A stretch of 64,000 nucleotides of DNA from assembly GCA_963771175.1 (NCBI GenBank), contig CAVYSY010000011.1:96001-160000 (forward strand), written 5' to 3'. The translations under genes and the position numbers were made by a program. The notes below the pieces were generated by a model that saw nothing but the letters and a program-made list of their open reading frames with translations, did not search any database and was not told the origin of the DNA. Numbering within the stretch: the first letter of the stretch is position 1; every line of letters starts with the position of its first letter. Source of the stretch: an uncultured delta proteobacterium (GTDB lineage: Bacteria > Myxococcota > Myxococcia > Myxococcales > Myxococcaceae). Positions 25,131 to 35,990 of this stretch are shown here, piece after piece.

Positions 25131-27575
25131 ATGGAGCGCTTCGCCTGGTTGTCGTACCGGAAGCCGGGTCGTGTGCTCGCATGTGTGCTGGTGGTGACGC
25201 TCCTCGCGGGCCTGCTCGCCTCGCGACTCGTCTTCCACGGTTCCTTCGTGGAGCTGCTGCCCGCGCATACCCAGGAGGTGCGAGAGCTGGAGGCCGTGTC
25301 CCATAAGGCGGGAGGGGACGGCTATCTGGTCCTGCGCGCCCGGGGAGCGAGCCCGGAGACCCTGCGCCGTTTCGCCCAGGAGCTGGCGCCGCGGCTGGAG
25401 GCGCTGGAGGAGGTCCGCTACGTCGAGTTCCGCTACGACACGCGCTTCTTCGAGGACCGCGCCCTGCTGCTGCTCTCCGCGGAGCAACTGCGTGCCCTGC
25501 GCGAGGACCTCGAGGGTGTGGTCCGGGCGGAGAAGCTCGCGGCCAACCCGCTCTACGTGTCCCTGGAGGACACCCCTCCGCCGTCGCTCGAGGAGCTCGC
25601 CCGCCGTCATGCGCCTCGCGCGGTCGTGCGCGAGTACTTGAGCTCGGCGGACGGCAGCGAGCTGTACCTGTTCGTGAAGCCCTCCGGCCTCGCCGGGGAC
25701 CTCGTCTTCGCCCAACGGCTGTTGACGCGGGTGCAGGCCACGAGCACGGAAGTGGCACGGGGCTTCCCGGGCGTGGAGACGGACGCCACGGGCGTGCACG
25801 TGCTCCGGCTCGAGGAGGACCGGCGGATGCGCCAGGACCTCACGCGCGCCTCGATGCTCTCGTGCGCCATCGCGGCGCTCATCGTCGTCCTGTCCTGCCG
25901 GCGCCTCTCCGCGCTCCTCGTGGTGTGCGCCCCCGTGGGCGTGGGGCTGCTCATCACCTTCGCGGTGGCGCAGCAGACCATCGGCTACCTCAACATCATC
26001 ACCGGCTTCCTCGTCGCCATCCTCATCGGCCTGGGCATCGAGTACGGCCTCCACCTGGTGCTGCGCTACTCCGAGGAGCGCCGCCAGCATCCCGCCGAGG
26101 AGGCGCTCCGGGAGACCATCCTGGGCACCTGGAAGGGCGCGCTGACGTCGGCCTGCACCAACGCCGCCGCCTTCTCCGCGCTCACGCTCGCCGAGTTCCA
26201 GGCCTTCGCCCAGTTCGGGTGGATCGCCGCCTCGGGCGTGATGCTCACGGTGCTGGCCACGTATCTGCTCGGCCCCGCGCTCCTCGCCCTGACCGAGCGG
26301 TTGCGGCCGCTGCGCGCGGAGGCCCCGCTGCCGGCCCGGCCCTACCGCGTGGCCCCGCGCCTGCCCCGGGCCGTGCTGGTGGGCATCGTCGTGGGGACCG
26401 GCGTGCTGGTGGCCTACTCCGCCTCGGTGGTGCGCTTTATCGGCTTCGAGCCCGACATGCGCAAGCTGCGCGGGGAGTTCGCCGCCACGAAGCTCGATGA
26501 TCGCATCATCTCCCAGCTCGGCCGGCGCCACGCGCCCACCGTCTTCCTCACCCAGGACGTCTCGGAGGCGGGCCGGCTCGCGGCCTCGTTGCGCGAGCTC
26601 GAGGCGCGCCATGGCGAGGCTCGGACGTTCGCGGAGATCGTCTCGCTGAGCGACTTCCTGCCGCGCACCGGCGGAGACGTCGAGGCGGAGCGGGCCGCGC
26701 TGCGTGCGTTCGTCGACCGGCTGCCCGAGAGCGCTCGGAGCTCGGAGCGGCTGCGCCCCGCGCTGAGCCGCCTGGAGACGATGCTGAATGCCCGTCCCTT
26801 CGGCGTGGAGGAGCTGCCCGCCGAGGTGCGCCGTCGCTTCACCGCGCTGGATGGAGAGGGCAACTTCGTGCTCGCCTTCAAGCGCGAGTCGCTCTCCGAC
26901 ACGGACGCGCTGCACCGCTTCGGCGAGCAGATGGGCGAGCTGCGCGAGCTGGCCCGTACCCAGGGGCTCCAGTTCCAGGTGCTCGACTCGAACCTCATCG
27001 CCTACCGCATCTTCGAGCTGGTGCGGAAGGATGGGCCCTGGCTGCTGCTCGCCGCCGGGCTCGCGGTGTTCGCGATGATGGTGATGAGCCTGCGCAGCTT
27101 CCGCCGGGCGGGGCTGGTGGCCGGGCCGCTGTACCTCGGGCTCGCCTGTCTGCCGGCGGCGATGCACCTCTACGGGCTGAAGCTCAACTTCATCAACGCG
27201 GTGGTGCTGCCCAACCTGCTGGCGATCGCCGTGGACAACGCGGTGCACCTCTACCACCGCTACCGCGAGGAGGGGCCGGGCTCACTGCCCCACGTGGTGC
27301 GCACCACGGGCGTCGCGGCGGTGGTGGCCACGCTGTCCAATGCGGCGGGCTACGGCGCGCTGCTCACGGCGCGCCACCCGGGGCTGCGCTCCATCGGGGA
27401 GATTGCCCTCCTGGGCGTCGCCTGTGCCTTCCTGGGCACGACGGTGCTGTTCCCGGCCATCCTCGCGCTGCTCGAGCGCCCTCAATCCGGCGCGCCGGGT
27501 GAGGACGTGGACGAGGGCCTGTCGTTGCCGCTCCCGGTGGAGACGGACGAGGAGGAGGCCCGGCGCTCCGCGTGA
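25131..27575 (+). CDS. MMPL/RND-family transporter (HpnN-like)
   Basis: Two RND halves; ILIGLGIEYGLHL and LLAIAVDNAVHLYHRY TM4/TM10 motifs; large periplasmic loops. Start may be slightly upstream. Confidence 0.88.
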   Translation: MERFAWLSYRKPGRVLACVLVVTLLAGLLASRLVFHGSFVELLPAHTQEVRELEAVSHKAGGDGYLVLRARGASPETLRRFAQELAPRLEALEEVRYVEFRYDTRFFEDRALLLLSAEQLRALREDLEGVVRAEKLAANPLYVSLEDTPPPSLEELARRHAPRAVVREYLSSADGSELYLFVKPSGLAGDLVFAQRLLTRVQATSTEVARGFPGVETDATGVHVLRLEEDRRMRQDLTRASMLSCAIAALIVVLSCRRLSALLVVCAPVGVGLLITFAVAQQTIGYLNIITGFLVAILIGLGIEYGLHLVLRYSEERRQHPAEEALRETILGTWKGALTSACTNAAAFSALTLAEFQAFAQFGWIAASGVMLTVLATYLLGPALLALTERLRPLRAEAPLPARPYRVAPRLPRAVLVGIVVGTGVLVAYSASVVRFIGFEPDMRKLRGEFAATKLDDRIISQLGRRHAPTVFLTQDVSEAGRLAASLRELEARHGEARTFAEIVSLSDFLPRTGGDVEAERAALRAFVDRLPESARSSERLRPALSRLETMLNARPFGVEELPAEVRRRFTALDGEGNFVLAFKRESLSDTDALHRFGEQMGELRELARTQGLQFQVLDSNLIAYRIFELVRKDGPWLLLAAGLAVFAMMVMSLRSFRRAGLVAGPLYLGLACLPAAMHLYGLKLNFINAVVLPNLLAIAVDNAVHLYHRYREEGPGSLPHVVRTTGVAAVVATLSNAAGYGALLTARHPGLRSIGEIALLGVACAFLGTTVLFPAILALLERPQSGAPGEDVDEGLSLPLPVETDEEEARRSA

Positions 27576-27606
27576 CGGCGGAGCGGTGGGGTGTTAGGTG
27601 TCACGC

Positions 27607-28237
27607 ATGAGCGAGCTCGTGACGATCAGGGTGTGGTCGGACTTCGTCTGACCGTGGTGCTACGTCGGCCTCGTGGAGGTCGAGAAGCTGAAGAAGGAGT
27701 ACGACGTCCAGGTGGACTGGCGTCCGTTCTTCCTGCGTCCGGAGACGCCGCCAGAGGGGCTCCCCCTGCCGGCCTACGTGCGCGAGCGGATGAAGGACCC
27801 GAACAACCCGCTCAAGCTGCCGGGCGGCCAGGGCCGGGTTGAAGATGGTGGAGCGCGAGATCATCCCCTCGACGCGCCGCGCCCACGAGGCGGCGGAGTT
27901 CGCGCGGGACGCACGGGCCGCTCGAGCCGTTCCAGGCGGCGCTGCTGCGGCGCTACTGGAGCGAGGGGCAGGACCTCTGGCAGTGGGACACGCTGCGAGG
28001 CGCGGCGCAGGAGGCGGGCCTGGACCCCGACGCGATGCAGCGCGCGGTGGAGCAGGGCCGCTACCGAACAGGTCGTCGAGGACGCCGTCCGCGAGGCGCG
28101 GGAGCTGGGCATCGCAGGCGGTGCCCACCTTCATCCTCGGGGATCGCTACGCCTTCCAGGGCGCCCAGGAGTACGGCGTCTTCCGCCAGGTGATGGAGCG
28201 GCTGGGCGTCAAGCCGCGCGCCGCGCGTCCGGGTTGA
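27607..28237 (+). CDS. DsbA/FrnE-family thiol oxidoreductase with in-frame TGA at the first active-site Cys (probable selenocysteine, UxxC); several downstream frameshifts
   Basis: ATG 27607: MSELVTIRVWSDFV-TGA(27649-51)-PWCYVGLVEVEKLKKEYDVQVDWRPFFLRP; later STRRAHEAAEFA and the VPTF..GAQ cis-Pro motif. Confidence 0.85.
27665..27683 (+). promoter_or_regulatory. Candidate bacterial SECIS hairpin
   Basis: TCGGCCTC-GTG-GAGGTCGA: 8-bp stem with one G-U pair and a loop starting with G, 21 nt after the in-frame UGA. A short lower stem GCT/AGC is possible. Confidence 0.6.
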
Positions 28238-28327
28238 CCGGGCGGCTGTAGGGGACCCCGTGGTGTGAATTTCCGCCCGCCCGGCAACTCGTTCGGGCGG
28301 CGCGGCGCTGGGGTATCCTGGGAGGCC

Positions 28328-28978
28328 ATGCTCTTCGGAAAGAAAGAGCCGCCCACGCGCTCGGAGCTCATCATCGAGGCCGATCGCGCTCGCTCCAAGG
28401 GCAAGCTCAAGAAGGCGATCGCCGGGTATCGCAAGGCGCTGGAACTGGAGCCGAAGGATCCGGCCGTCCACGTGAAGCTGGCGCCGTTGCTGGCTCGGGT
28501 GAACGAGAGCGAGGCCTCGCTCCAGAGCTTCCGTGCGGCGGCCCAAGGGCACCTGGACAAGGGGTTCACGGACAAGGCGCTGGCCGTCTACACGCAGGCG
28601 GCGGAGACGTTCCCGGCGCAGGTGAGCCTCTGGCAGCAGGTGGCTCAGATGAACATCGCGCGGGGGCGCCGCGCGGACGCGGTGAGGATGTTCCTGCGAG
28701 GTCGGATCCTCCTGAGCGGCAAGAACGAGCGCCGGGAGGCCATCGCCCTGCTGAAGGAAGCGCTCGCGCTGGAACCCACGCTCTTCGATCCGAGGCTGGA
28801 TCTGGCGCTGCTGCTGGCTCGGCAGAATCAGCCGGCCGAGGCGATGGCGTTGCTCGAACCGATGGCGAAGCAACTGAAGGGTCGACAGCTCCGGCAGGTG
28901 CGCTGGACGATGCTGCGTGTCTCTCCCGGCCTGGGCTCGGCGTGGCGGTGGCTGCGCGTCGCGCTGGCGAGAGGCTGA
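28328..28978 (+). CDS. Tetratricopeptide-repeat protein
   Basis: AIAGYRKALELEPKDP, AIALLKEALALEP; RBS GGAGG before ATG 28328. Confidence 0.8.
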   Translation: MLFGKKEPPTRSELIIEADRARSKGKLKKAIAGYRKALELEPKDPAVHVKLAPLLARVNESEASLQSFRAAAQGHLDKGFTDKALAVYTQAAETFPAQVSLWQQVAQMNIARGRRADAVRMFLRGRILLSGKNERREAIALLKEALALEPTLFDPRLDLALLLARQNQPAEAMALLEPMAKQLKGRQLRQVRWTMLRVSPGLGSAWRWLRVALARG

Positions 28979-28992
28979 GCGGACTCGGAAGC

Positions 28993-29024
28993 TCCCCTCG
29001 CCCTCTTGACAAGAGGGGAGGGGA
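28993..29024. terminator. Hairpin between convergent TPR gene and trpA
   Basis: TCCCCTCGCCCTCTT-GAC-AAGAGGGGAGGGGA. Confidence 0.6.
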
Positions 29025-29033
29025 ATCAACGGC

Positions 29034-29830
29034 TCAGCGCTTGAGGCCGCGCTTGATCTCCGCGCACACCTGGCGCGCCGCCGCGGGCCCATCGGCCTGG
29101 GCGGCGCGCACGATGGCGCTGCCCACCACCACGCCGTCCGCGTGGGCGGCCACCACCTGGGCCTGCTCGGCGGTGGAGATGCCGAAGCCCGCGACCACCG
29201 GCACCGGCGAGCGGCGCCGCACCAGCTCCAGCCGCTCGGACAGGTCGGCCGGCAGCTCCGCGCGCATGCCCGTCACGCCCGCCACCGACACGCAGTAGAC
29301 GAAGCCACGCGCGTCCTTCGCGATGGACTCCGCGCGCGCCGGCGGCGTGGTGGGCGCGCACAGGGGGATGAGGTCCACCCCTGCCGCGTCGAAGGCCTCG
29401 CGCAGCTCGCGCTCTCCTCGGGAGGCAGGTCCGGCAGGATGGTGCCCGACACGCCGGCTCCCGCGGCCAGCTTCGCGTAGCGCTCCTCGCCCATCGCCAT
29501 CACCACGTTGACGTACGTCATGATGACCAGCGGCGTCTGGGGGCAGCGCTGGCGCACCGCGGGCACCACCTCGTCGCAGCACGCGCTTCAGCGTGGCGCC
29601 GGCCTTCAGCGCCCGCTCGCTGGCGGCCTGGATGACGGGGCCGTCCGCGATGGGGTCGCTGAACGCGACGCCCACCTCCAGCACGTCCGCGCCGCCCTCC
29701 ACCATGGCGCGAACACGTCCACCGAGCGCGAGAGGTCCGGGGTCTCCCGCCATCGCGTAGCGCCACCAGCGCGCACTCGCCGCGCGGCCTGCGCCCGCGC
29801 GAACGCGGCCGCGAGCTCTCCGCGCGCCAT
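29034..29830 (-). CDS. trpA: Tryptophan synthase alpha chain; frameshifted
   Basis: [56 protein letters not shown]. Confidence 0.92.
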
Positions 29831-31051
29831 CACTGCACCTCCTGCTCGCCCGAAGGCGGGCGGGCATGCGCCGTGCTCGCGATGGTGGCCACGTCCTTGT
29901 CGCCGCGGCCCGAGCAGTTGATGACCAGGTGCTTGCCCTGGCCCCAGCTCTCGCGCCAGCTCGCCGGCGCGCGCGAAGGCGTGACAGGTCTCCAGCGCGG
30001 GCAGGATGCCCTCGGTGCGGCACACCTGGTAGAAGGCCTCGAGCGCCTCGTCGTCCGTGGCGGTGCGCACCTCCAGCCGCCCCGTCTTCGCCAGGTGCGC
30101 GAGCTCGGGACCCACGCCCGGGTAGTCCAGGCCCGCGCTGATGGAGTGCGCCTCCTGGATCTGCCCGTGCTCGTCCTGCAGCACCAGCGAGCGCGAGCCG
30201 TGCAGCACGCCCCGGCTGCCCAGCGTCAGCGAGGCGCCGTGCTCCGCGTGTGCAGGCCGTGGCCGCCGGCCTCCACGCCCACCAGCCGCACGCCCGCGTC
30301 CTCGATGAAGGGGTGCAGCACGCCGATGGCGTTCGAGCCGCCGCCGATGCACGCGACGATGGCGTCCGGCAGCCTGCCGAAGGCCGCCTGCGACTGCACG
30401 CGCAGCTCGTGGCCGATGACGGACTGGAAGTCGCGCACGATGGTGGGGTAGGGGTGCGGCCCCGCCGCGCTGCCGATGACGTAGTAGGTGTCCTGCGACG
30501 CTGGGCCACCCAGGTGCGCATGGCCTCGTTCATCGCGTCCTTGAGCGTGCGCGAGCCCGACTCCACCGCGTGCACCGTGGCCCCCAGCGCGCTCATGCGG
30601 AAGACGTTGAGCGCCTGGCGCTCCACGTCCAGCCGCGCCCATGTAGACCTCGCACGGGCAGGCCGAACAGGGCGCACGCGGTGGCGGTGGCCACGCCGTG
30701 CTGGCCCGCGCCCGTCTCCGCGATGATGCGCTTCTTGCCCATGCGCATCGCCAGCAGCACCTGGCCGATGGTGTTGTTGATTTTGTGCGCGCCCGTGTGC
30801 GCGAGGTCCTCGCGCTTGAGCCACACCTGCGGCGCCACCCCACAGCTCGGTGAGCCGGCGCGCGGGCGTCAGCGGCGTCTCGCGGCCCGACGAACTCGCG
30901 CAGCACCTGCGCCACCTGGGCCTGGAAGGCCGGGTCCCTACGGGCCTCGGCGTAGGCCTGCTCCAGCTCCTGCAGGGCCGGAACGAGCGTCTCGGGTACG
31001 TAGCGGCCGCCGTAAGGGCCCGAAGCGGCCAGGGGCGGTTTGCGTATTCAT
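29830..31051 (-). CDS. trpB: Tryptophan synthase beta chain; frameshifted
   Basis: [58 protein letters not shown]. Confidence 0.92.
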
Positions 31052-31060
31052 GGTCGTCCA

Positions 31061-31699
31061 TCACTCCCAGACGCAAGTGCTTCGCGGCGCGCACGAAGGC
31101 GCGCACCGCGTTCGCATTCTTGAGGCCCGGGGCTGACTCCACCCCGCTCGCCACGTCCACGCCGTAGGGCCGGGTGGCCCGCACGGCGGCTTCCAACGTT
31201 GGCCGGGGTGAGGCCACCGGCCACCAGCACCGGCAGCCCGCGTCGCGCGAGCCGCGCCACCAGCGACCAGTCGAAGCCCACGCCCCCGCCGCCGTAGCCC
31301 GGCGCCGCCCCGTCCAGCAGCAGCGCCGCCACGTCGCCCGCGCCCACGTAGGTGCGCGCCCGCTCCACGTCCCGGGCGCCGCGCACCCGCAGCGCCTTGA
31401 TGACGGGCACGCCGTACCCCGAGCAGGCCTCGGGCGGCTCGTCACCGTGGAGCTGCACCGCGGTCAGCCCGCACTCGCGCACGCGGTCGCGGATGAGGTC
31501 CGGCGACTCGTTGACGAACACGCCCACCACCGCGCCCAGCGGCGGGCGCGTGCGCGCCAGCAGCGCCGCCGTCTCCGGCGTCACACAGCGCGGCGAGCGC
31601 GAGTAGAAGTTGAGCCCCAGCGCGTCCGCGCCCGCGTCCCACGCCAGGCGCGCGTCCTCCACGCGGGTGACGCCGCAGATCTTCGACGCGAGCACTCAC
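31061..31699 (-). CDS. trpF: Phosphoribosylanthranilate isomerase; frameshifted near both ends
   Basis: [37 protein letters not shown]. Confidence 0.9.
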
Positions 31700-32494
31700 G
31701 GTTCACCCATGGGCGCGAGCAGCCGAGCCAGGGCTCGACCCGGCTCCGCGTCGCGCAGCAGGGACTCGCCCACCAGCACCGCGTCCGCTCCCGAGGCCCG
31801 TGCCGCCACGAAGTCCTCGCGTGTCTTGAGGCCGCTCTCCGCCACCAGCGCCTTCGCCCTGCTGCGCAGCGTGGGGATGACCTGCAGCGCGGTGGAGATG
31901 TCCGTGCGCAGCGTGGCCAGGTTGCGGTTGTTGATGCCCACCAACTCCGCGCCCGCCTTCAGTGCGCGCTCGGCGTGCTCCGCCGTGTGGGCTTCCACCA
32001 GCGCCGCCACCCGGCAGGCCTTCGCCGTCGCCACCATCTCCGCGAGCAGGCCCGTCCTCCAGCGCGTCCGCGATGAGCAGCACCGCATCCGCACCGAGGG
32101 CGGCGCTCTCCTCCACCTCTTGCGGTGCCACCAGGAAGTCCTTGCGCAGCACTGGCAGCGAGATGGCCGCGCGCACCTGGAGGAGGTCCTCGAGGCTGCC
32201 CCCGAAGTCCACGTCGTCCGTGAGCACGCTCACCGCGCTCGCTCCGGCCGCCTCGTACGCCCGCGCCACCGCCACGAGGTCCTGGTGCGGGAAGTCCCCG
32301 CCCGAGGGACTGCGGCGCTTCACCTCGGCGATGACGTTCACCGGCAGGCCGGCCCGGGGCTGCGTGAGGGCCGCCGTGAAGTCCCGGGAGGCGGGGCGGG
32401 GCGCTCGGGCCACCAGGGGCTTGCGCGCGGCGAGCTCCCGGCGCTTGCGCGCGAAGATGGCCGCGAGTTTGTCCCCCTCGCTCCCGGTGCTCAT
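31696..32494 (-). CDS. trpC: Indole-3-glycerol phosphate synthase; frameshift near 32050
   Basis: [37 protein letters not shown]. Confidence 0.92.
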
Positions 32495-33507
32495 GACGGG
32501 CGCCCCTTCACCAGGGCCCGCAGCCTGGCGGCGGCGGCGCCGGAGTCGATGGACTCCACCGACCGCAGCACGCCCTCGCGCAGGTCCGCCGCCTTGCCCA
32601 CCACCACGAGCGCCGCCGCGGCGTTCAGCAGCACCGCCGTGCGCACTCCAGAGCGCTCTCCGGCGAGCAGCGCATTGAAGCGCCGGGCGTTGTCTTCCAC
32701 GTCTCCGCCGACGATGGCCTCGGGAGGCACCCGCTCCAGCCCCGCGTCCTCCGGGTTGACGGAGAAGGTCCGCACCGAGCCGTCCTCGCGCAGCTCCGCC
32801 ACGTCCGATGCCGTGCACGGGGAGATTTCATCCAGCCCGTCGTGGCCGTGCACCACCCAGGCCCGCTTGCTGCCCAGCCGGGAGAGGACGCGCGCCGTCT
32901 GCTCCAGCCGCTCGCCCGCGAAGGTGCCGAGCAACTGGTAGCGCGCGCCCGCCGGGTTGGTCAGCGGGCCCAGCAGGTTGAACACCGTGTACAGGCCAAT
33001 CTCACGCCGTGCCGGCGCCACGTGCCGCATGGCGCTGTGGTGCGAGGGCGCGAAGAGGAAGCCCACGCCGTGCTCGTCCACGTCGCGTGTCACCTGCTCG
33101 TGGGGACGGTCCATGGGGAGGCCCAGCGCGGCCAGCACGTCCGAGCTGCCACACCGCGAGGACACCGCGCGGTTGCCGTGCTTGGCCACCGTCACTCCCG
33201 CGCCCGCGACCACGAAGGCCACGGCCGTGGAGATGTTGAAGGTGTGTGCGCCATCGCCACCCGTGCCGCAGGTGTCGAGCACCACCTCCGCCTTGGGGTG
33301 GATGCGCGTGGCGCAGGCTCGCATGGCCTCCGCCGCGCCGAGGATCTCCTCCTCGGTCTCACCCTTCATGCGCAACGCGACCGCGAAGGCGCCCACCTGA
33401 GCGGGCGTCGCTTCTCCCGCGAGCATCAGGCCCATGACGTGGGCCATCTCCTCGCGGTTCAGGTCACGCCGGCCCACTACCTTGCCCAGCGCTTCCTTGA
33501 GTGTCAT
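32491..33507 (-). CDS. trpD: Anthranilate phosphoribosyltransferase
   Basis: [33 protein letters not shown]. Confidence 0.95.
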   Translation of the reverse strand: MTLKEALGKVVGRRDLNREEMAHVMGLMLAGEATPAQVGAFAVALRMKGETEEEILGAAEAMRACATRIHPKAEVVLDTCGTGGDGAHTFNISTAVAFVVAGAGVTVAKHGNRAVSSRCGSSDVLAALGLPMDRPHEQVTRDVDEHGVGFLFAPSHHSAMRHVAPARREIGLYTVFNLLGPLTNPAGARYQLLGTFAGERLEQTARVLSRLGSKRAWVVHGHDGLDEISPCTASDVAELREDGSVRTFSVNPEDAGLERVPPEAIVGGDVEDNARRFNALLAGERSGVRTAVLLNAAAALVVVGKAADLREGVLRSVESIDSGAAAARLRALVKGRPS

Positions 33508-33511
33508 GTGC

Positions 33512-34537
33512 CTACTCCAGTCGCGCCACGTCGCGGCCCAGGGCGGCGGCTACCGCGCGCACCTCGACCATCACCTTGTCGAACTCGGAGAAGTCCAGCG
33601 ACTGGGCGCCGTCGGACTTGGCCCGAGGCGGATCCGGATGCACCTCGACGATGAGGCCGTCAGCCCCCGCCGCGATGGCCGCCCGCATCATCGCCGGCAC
33701 CGCCTTGCGCACGCCCACGCCGTGGGACGGGTCCGCCCACACCGGCAGGTGGCTGAGCGCCTTGAGCATGGGGATGGCGTTCAGGTCGAGCGTGTTGCGC
33801 GTCATCGTCTCGAAGGTGCGGATGCCTCGCTCGCAGAGGATGACCTGGGTGTTGCCGCGGGCGACGACGTACTCGGCCGCCATCAGCAGTTCCTTGATGC
33901 TGGCGCTCAGGCCGCGCTTGAGCATGACGGGCTTGCGCAGCTCGCCCACCGCCTCCAGCAGCGAGAAGTTCTGCATGTTGCGCGCGCCGATCTGGATGAT
34001 GTCGGCCACCTCGGCCACCGCGTCCAGCGTGTCGGTGTCCTTGGCCTCGGTGATGACCCGCAGGCCCGTCTCCTTGCGCGCCTCGGCCAGGAGCTGCAGG
34101 CCGTCGTTCTTGAGGCCCTGGAACTCGTAGGGGCTGGTGCGGGGCTTGAAGGCGCCGCCGCGCAGCAGGGTGGCGCCTGACTTCTTCACCGCCTTGGCGG
34201 TGGAGACGATCTGCTCGTGCGACTCCACCGAGCAGGGGCCGGCGATGACGTGCACCGTCTTGCCTCCCAGCGCCAGGTCACCCAGACGGATGATGGAGTC
34301 CTCGGGCTTGACCTCGCGGCTCACCAGCTTGAAGGGCTGGGAGACGGGGACCGCGTCCGCCACGCCGGGCAGCACGCGGAAGGGCTCGGGCTCCACCGCG
34401 CCCGGGTTGCCGGTGATGCCGATGGCCGTCCGGGTCTCGCCGGGGATCGCGTGCGGTTGCCAGCCACGACGGCGGATCTCGTCGTTTACACGCTCGATGT
34501 CCTGGGCCGTCGCATCCGGTCGCATCACGATCAACAT
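33512..34537 (-). CDS. aroF: DAHP synthase, type I-beta with N-terminal regulatory domain
   Basis: [43 protein letters not shown]. Confidence 0.93.
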   Translation of the reverse strand: MLIVMRPDATAQDIERVNDEIRRRGWQPHAIPGETRTAIGITGNPGAVEPEPFRVLPGVADAVPVSQPFKLVSREVKPEDSIIRLGDLALGGKTVHVIAGPCSVESHEQIVSTAKAVKKSGATLLRGGAFKPRTSPYEFQGLKNDGLQLLAEARKETGLRVITEAKDTDTLDAVAEVADIIQIGARNMQNFSLLEAVGELRKPVMLKRGLSASIKELLMAAEYVVARGNTQVILCERGIRTFETMTRNTLDLNAIPMLKALSHLPVWADPSHGVGVRKAVPAMMRAAIAAGADGLIVEVHPDPPRAKSDGAQSLDFSEFDKVMVEVRAVAAALGRDVARLE

Positions 34538-34736
34538 GGCTTATCGGTCTCCGAGGTATTCCGCCGCCGGGGAAGGGAAAAGGCGGTCGGTTTGAAGCAG
34601 TGCCTTGAGTAAGAAGAGCGGGGACACCGTGCAGGAAGAAAGGTGTCCACTTGTCCTCATATTCCCGACGAGTGTGGCTGGGCGGAGTCCGGGAATCAAT
34701 GTAGGACGGGAAATTTCGTAATTACGGAGCGCACGC

Positions 34737-35987
34737 TTGGCAGGTCCAAACGTCATCGTGGTGGGGGCGGGGCTGGCGGGGTTGACGTGCGCGCGGGTGC
34801 TCCAGCAGGCCCGGGTGAAGGCCTGGGTGCTGGAGGCGAGTGACGGAGTCGGCGGCCGGGTGCGCACCGACACGGTGGACGGCTTCCTGCTGGACCGCGG
34901 CTTCCAGGTGTTCCTCACGGCCTACCCGGAGCCACAGCGGTGGCTGGACTACAAGGCGCTCGACCTCCAGCGCTTCTTTCCGGGCGCGCTGGTGTGGCGG
35001 GCGGGGAAGCTGCACCAGGTGGCGGATCCGTTCCGACGGCCCCTCCAGGCGGCGGCGCACGCTTTCAACAAGGTGGGCTCGTTCTGGGACAAGTTGCACG
35101 TGCTGGACCTGCGCCAGCATGCGCTGTCGGGCACGGTGGAGGACGTGTTCCACCGGCCGCAGAAGACGTCGCTGAAGTACCTGCGCGACGTGGGCTTCTC
35201 CGAGGAGATGGTGGATGTCTTCTTCCGGCCCTTCTTCGGGGGTGTGTTCCTGGAGAAGGAGCTGCGCACCTCGAGCCGGATGCTGGAGTTCGTCTTCCGG
35301 ATGTTCGCCATGGGGGCCACGGCGGTGCCGGCGCGGGGCATGGGGACACTGGCGGCGCAGCTCGCCGCGAAGCTGCCGTCTGGCGCGTTGAGGACGAACG
35401 CGCCGGTGGAGGAGGTGTGGGGCCACCGGGTGCGGCTGGCGTCCGGTGAGACGCTGGAGGCCAGCGCGGTGGTGGTGGCCACGGACGCGCCCGCGGCGGA
35501 GGAATTGCTGCTCGGCATGCCACCGAGGGAGATGAACGCGGTGACGAACCTGTACTTCGCCGCGCCGGAGCCGCCGGTGCGAGGGCCCTACCTGGTGCTG
35601 AACGGGGAGGGGACGGGGCCGGTGAACAACCTCGCGGTGATGAGCGAGGTGGCGCCCGCGTACGCGCCGGAGGGGCAGGCCCTGGTATCGGTGTCGGTGC
35701 TGGAGATGGCGGAGGACTTGGAGGAACTGGAGGCGCGGGTGCGCGAGCAGCTCTCGGGATGGTTCGGCGAGGCGGTGGCGAGGTGGAGGCACCTGCGCAC
35801 CTATGTGATTCCCCACGCGCTGCCGACGCAGACGCCCGAGATGCTCGAGGAGCCGCATCGGCGGGTGCGGCTGTCGCCGGGGCTGTACGCCTGTGGGGAC
35901 TACCGGGAGAACGGCTCCATCGAGGGCGCCATGGTCTCGGGGCGGCGAGCGGCCGAGGCGCTGCTGCGGGACCGGGGCCTGGATTAG
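34737..35987 (+). CDS. FAD-dependent oxidoreductase (amine oxidase/protoporphyrinogen oxidase-like)
   Basis: GAGLAGL, EASDGVGGRVRT, DRGFQV, CGDY...GAMVSG; TTG start. Confidence 0.85.
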   Translation: MAGPNVIVVGAGLAGLTCARVLQQARVKAWVLEASDGVGGRVRTDTVDGFLLDRGFQVFLTAYPEPQRWLDYKALDLQRFFPGALVWRAGKLHQVADPFRRPLQAAAHAFNKVGSFWDKLHVLDLRQHALSGTVEDVFHRPQKTSLKYLRDVGFSEEMVDVFFRPFFGGVFLEKELRTSSRMLEFVFRMFAMGATAVPARGMGTLAAQLAAKLPSGALRTNAPVEEVWGHRVRLASGETLEASAVVVATDAPAAEELLLGMPPREMNAVTNLYFAAPEPPVRGPYLVLNGEGTGPVNNLAVMSEVAPAYAPEGQALVSVSVLEMAEDLEELEARVREQLSGWFGEAVARWRHLRTYVIPHALPTQTPEMLEEPHRRVRLSPGLYACGDYRENGSIEGAMVSGRRAAEALLRDRGLD

Positions 35988-35990
35988 CTC

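Noticed and set aside
24648..27257. 869-aa minus-strand ORF (also 890..3229, 4172..6013, 57101..58720 and similar)
   Set aside because: Antisense to well-supported genes, with no recognisable domains.
29034..31445. 803-aa ORF suggesting a trpF-trpB-trpA fusion
   Set aside because: A patchwork made by frameshifts; each gene has its own start and stop with TGATG-type or short-gap junctions.
34541..34660. 39-aa upstream ORF (MRTSGHLSS...) ending just before aroF as a possible attenuator leader
   Set aside because: No Trp codons, no aromatic-codon run and no clear terminator/antiterminator; codon usage is not gene-like.
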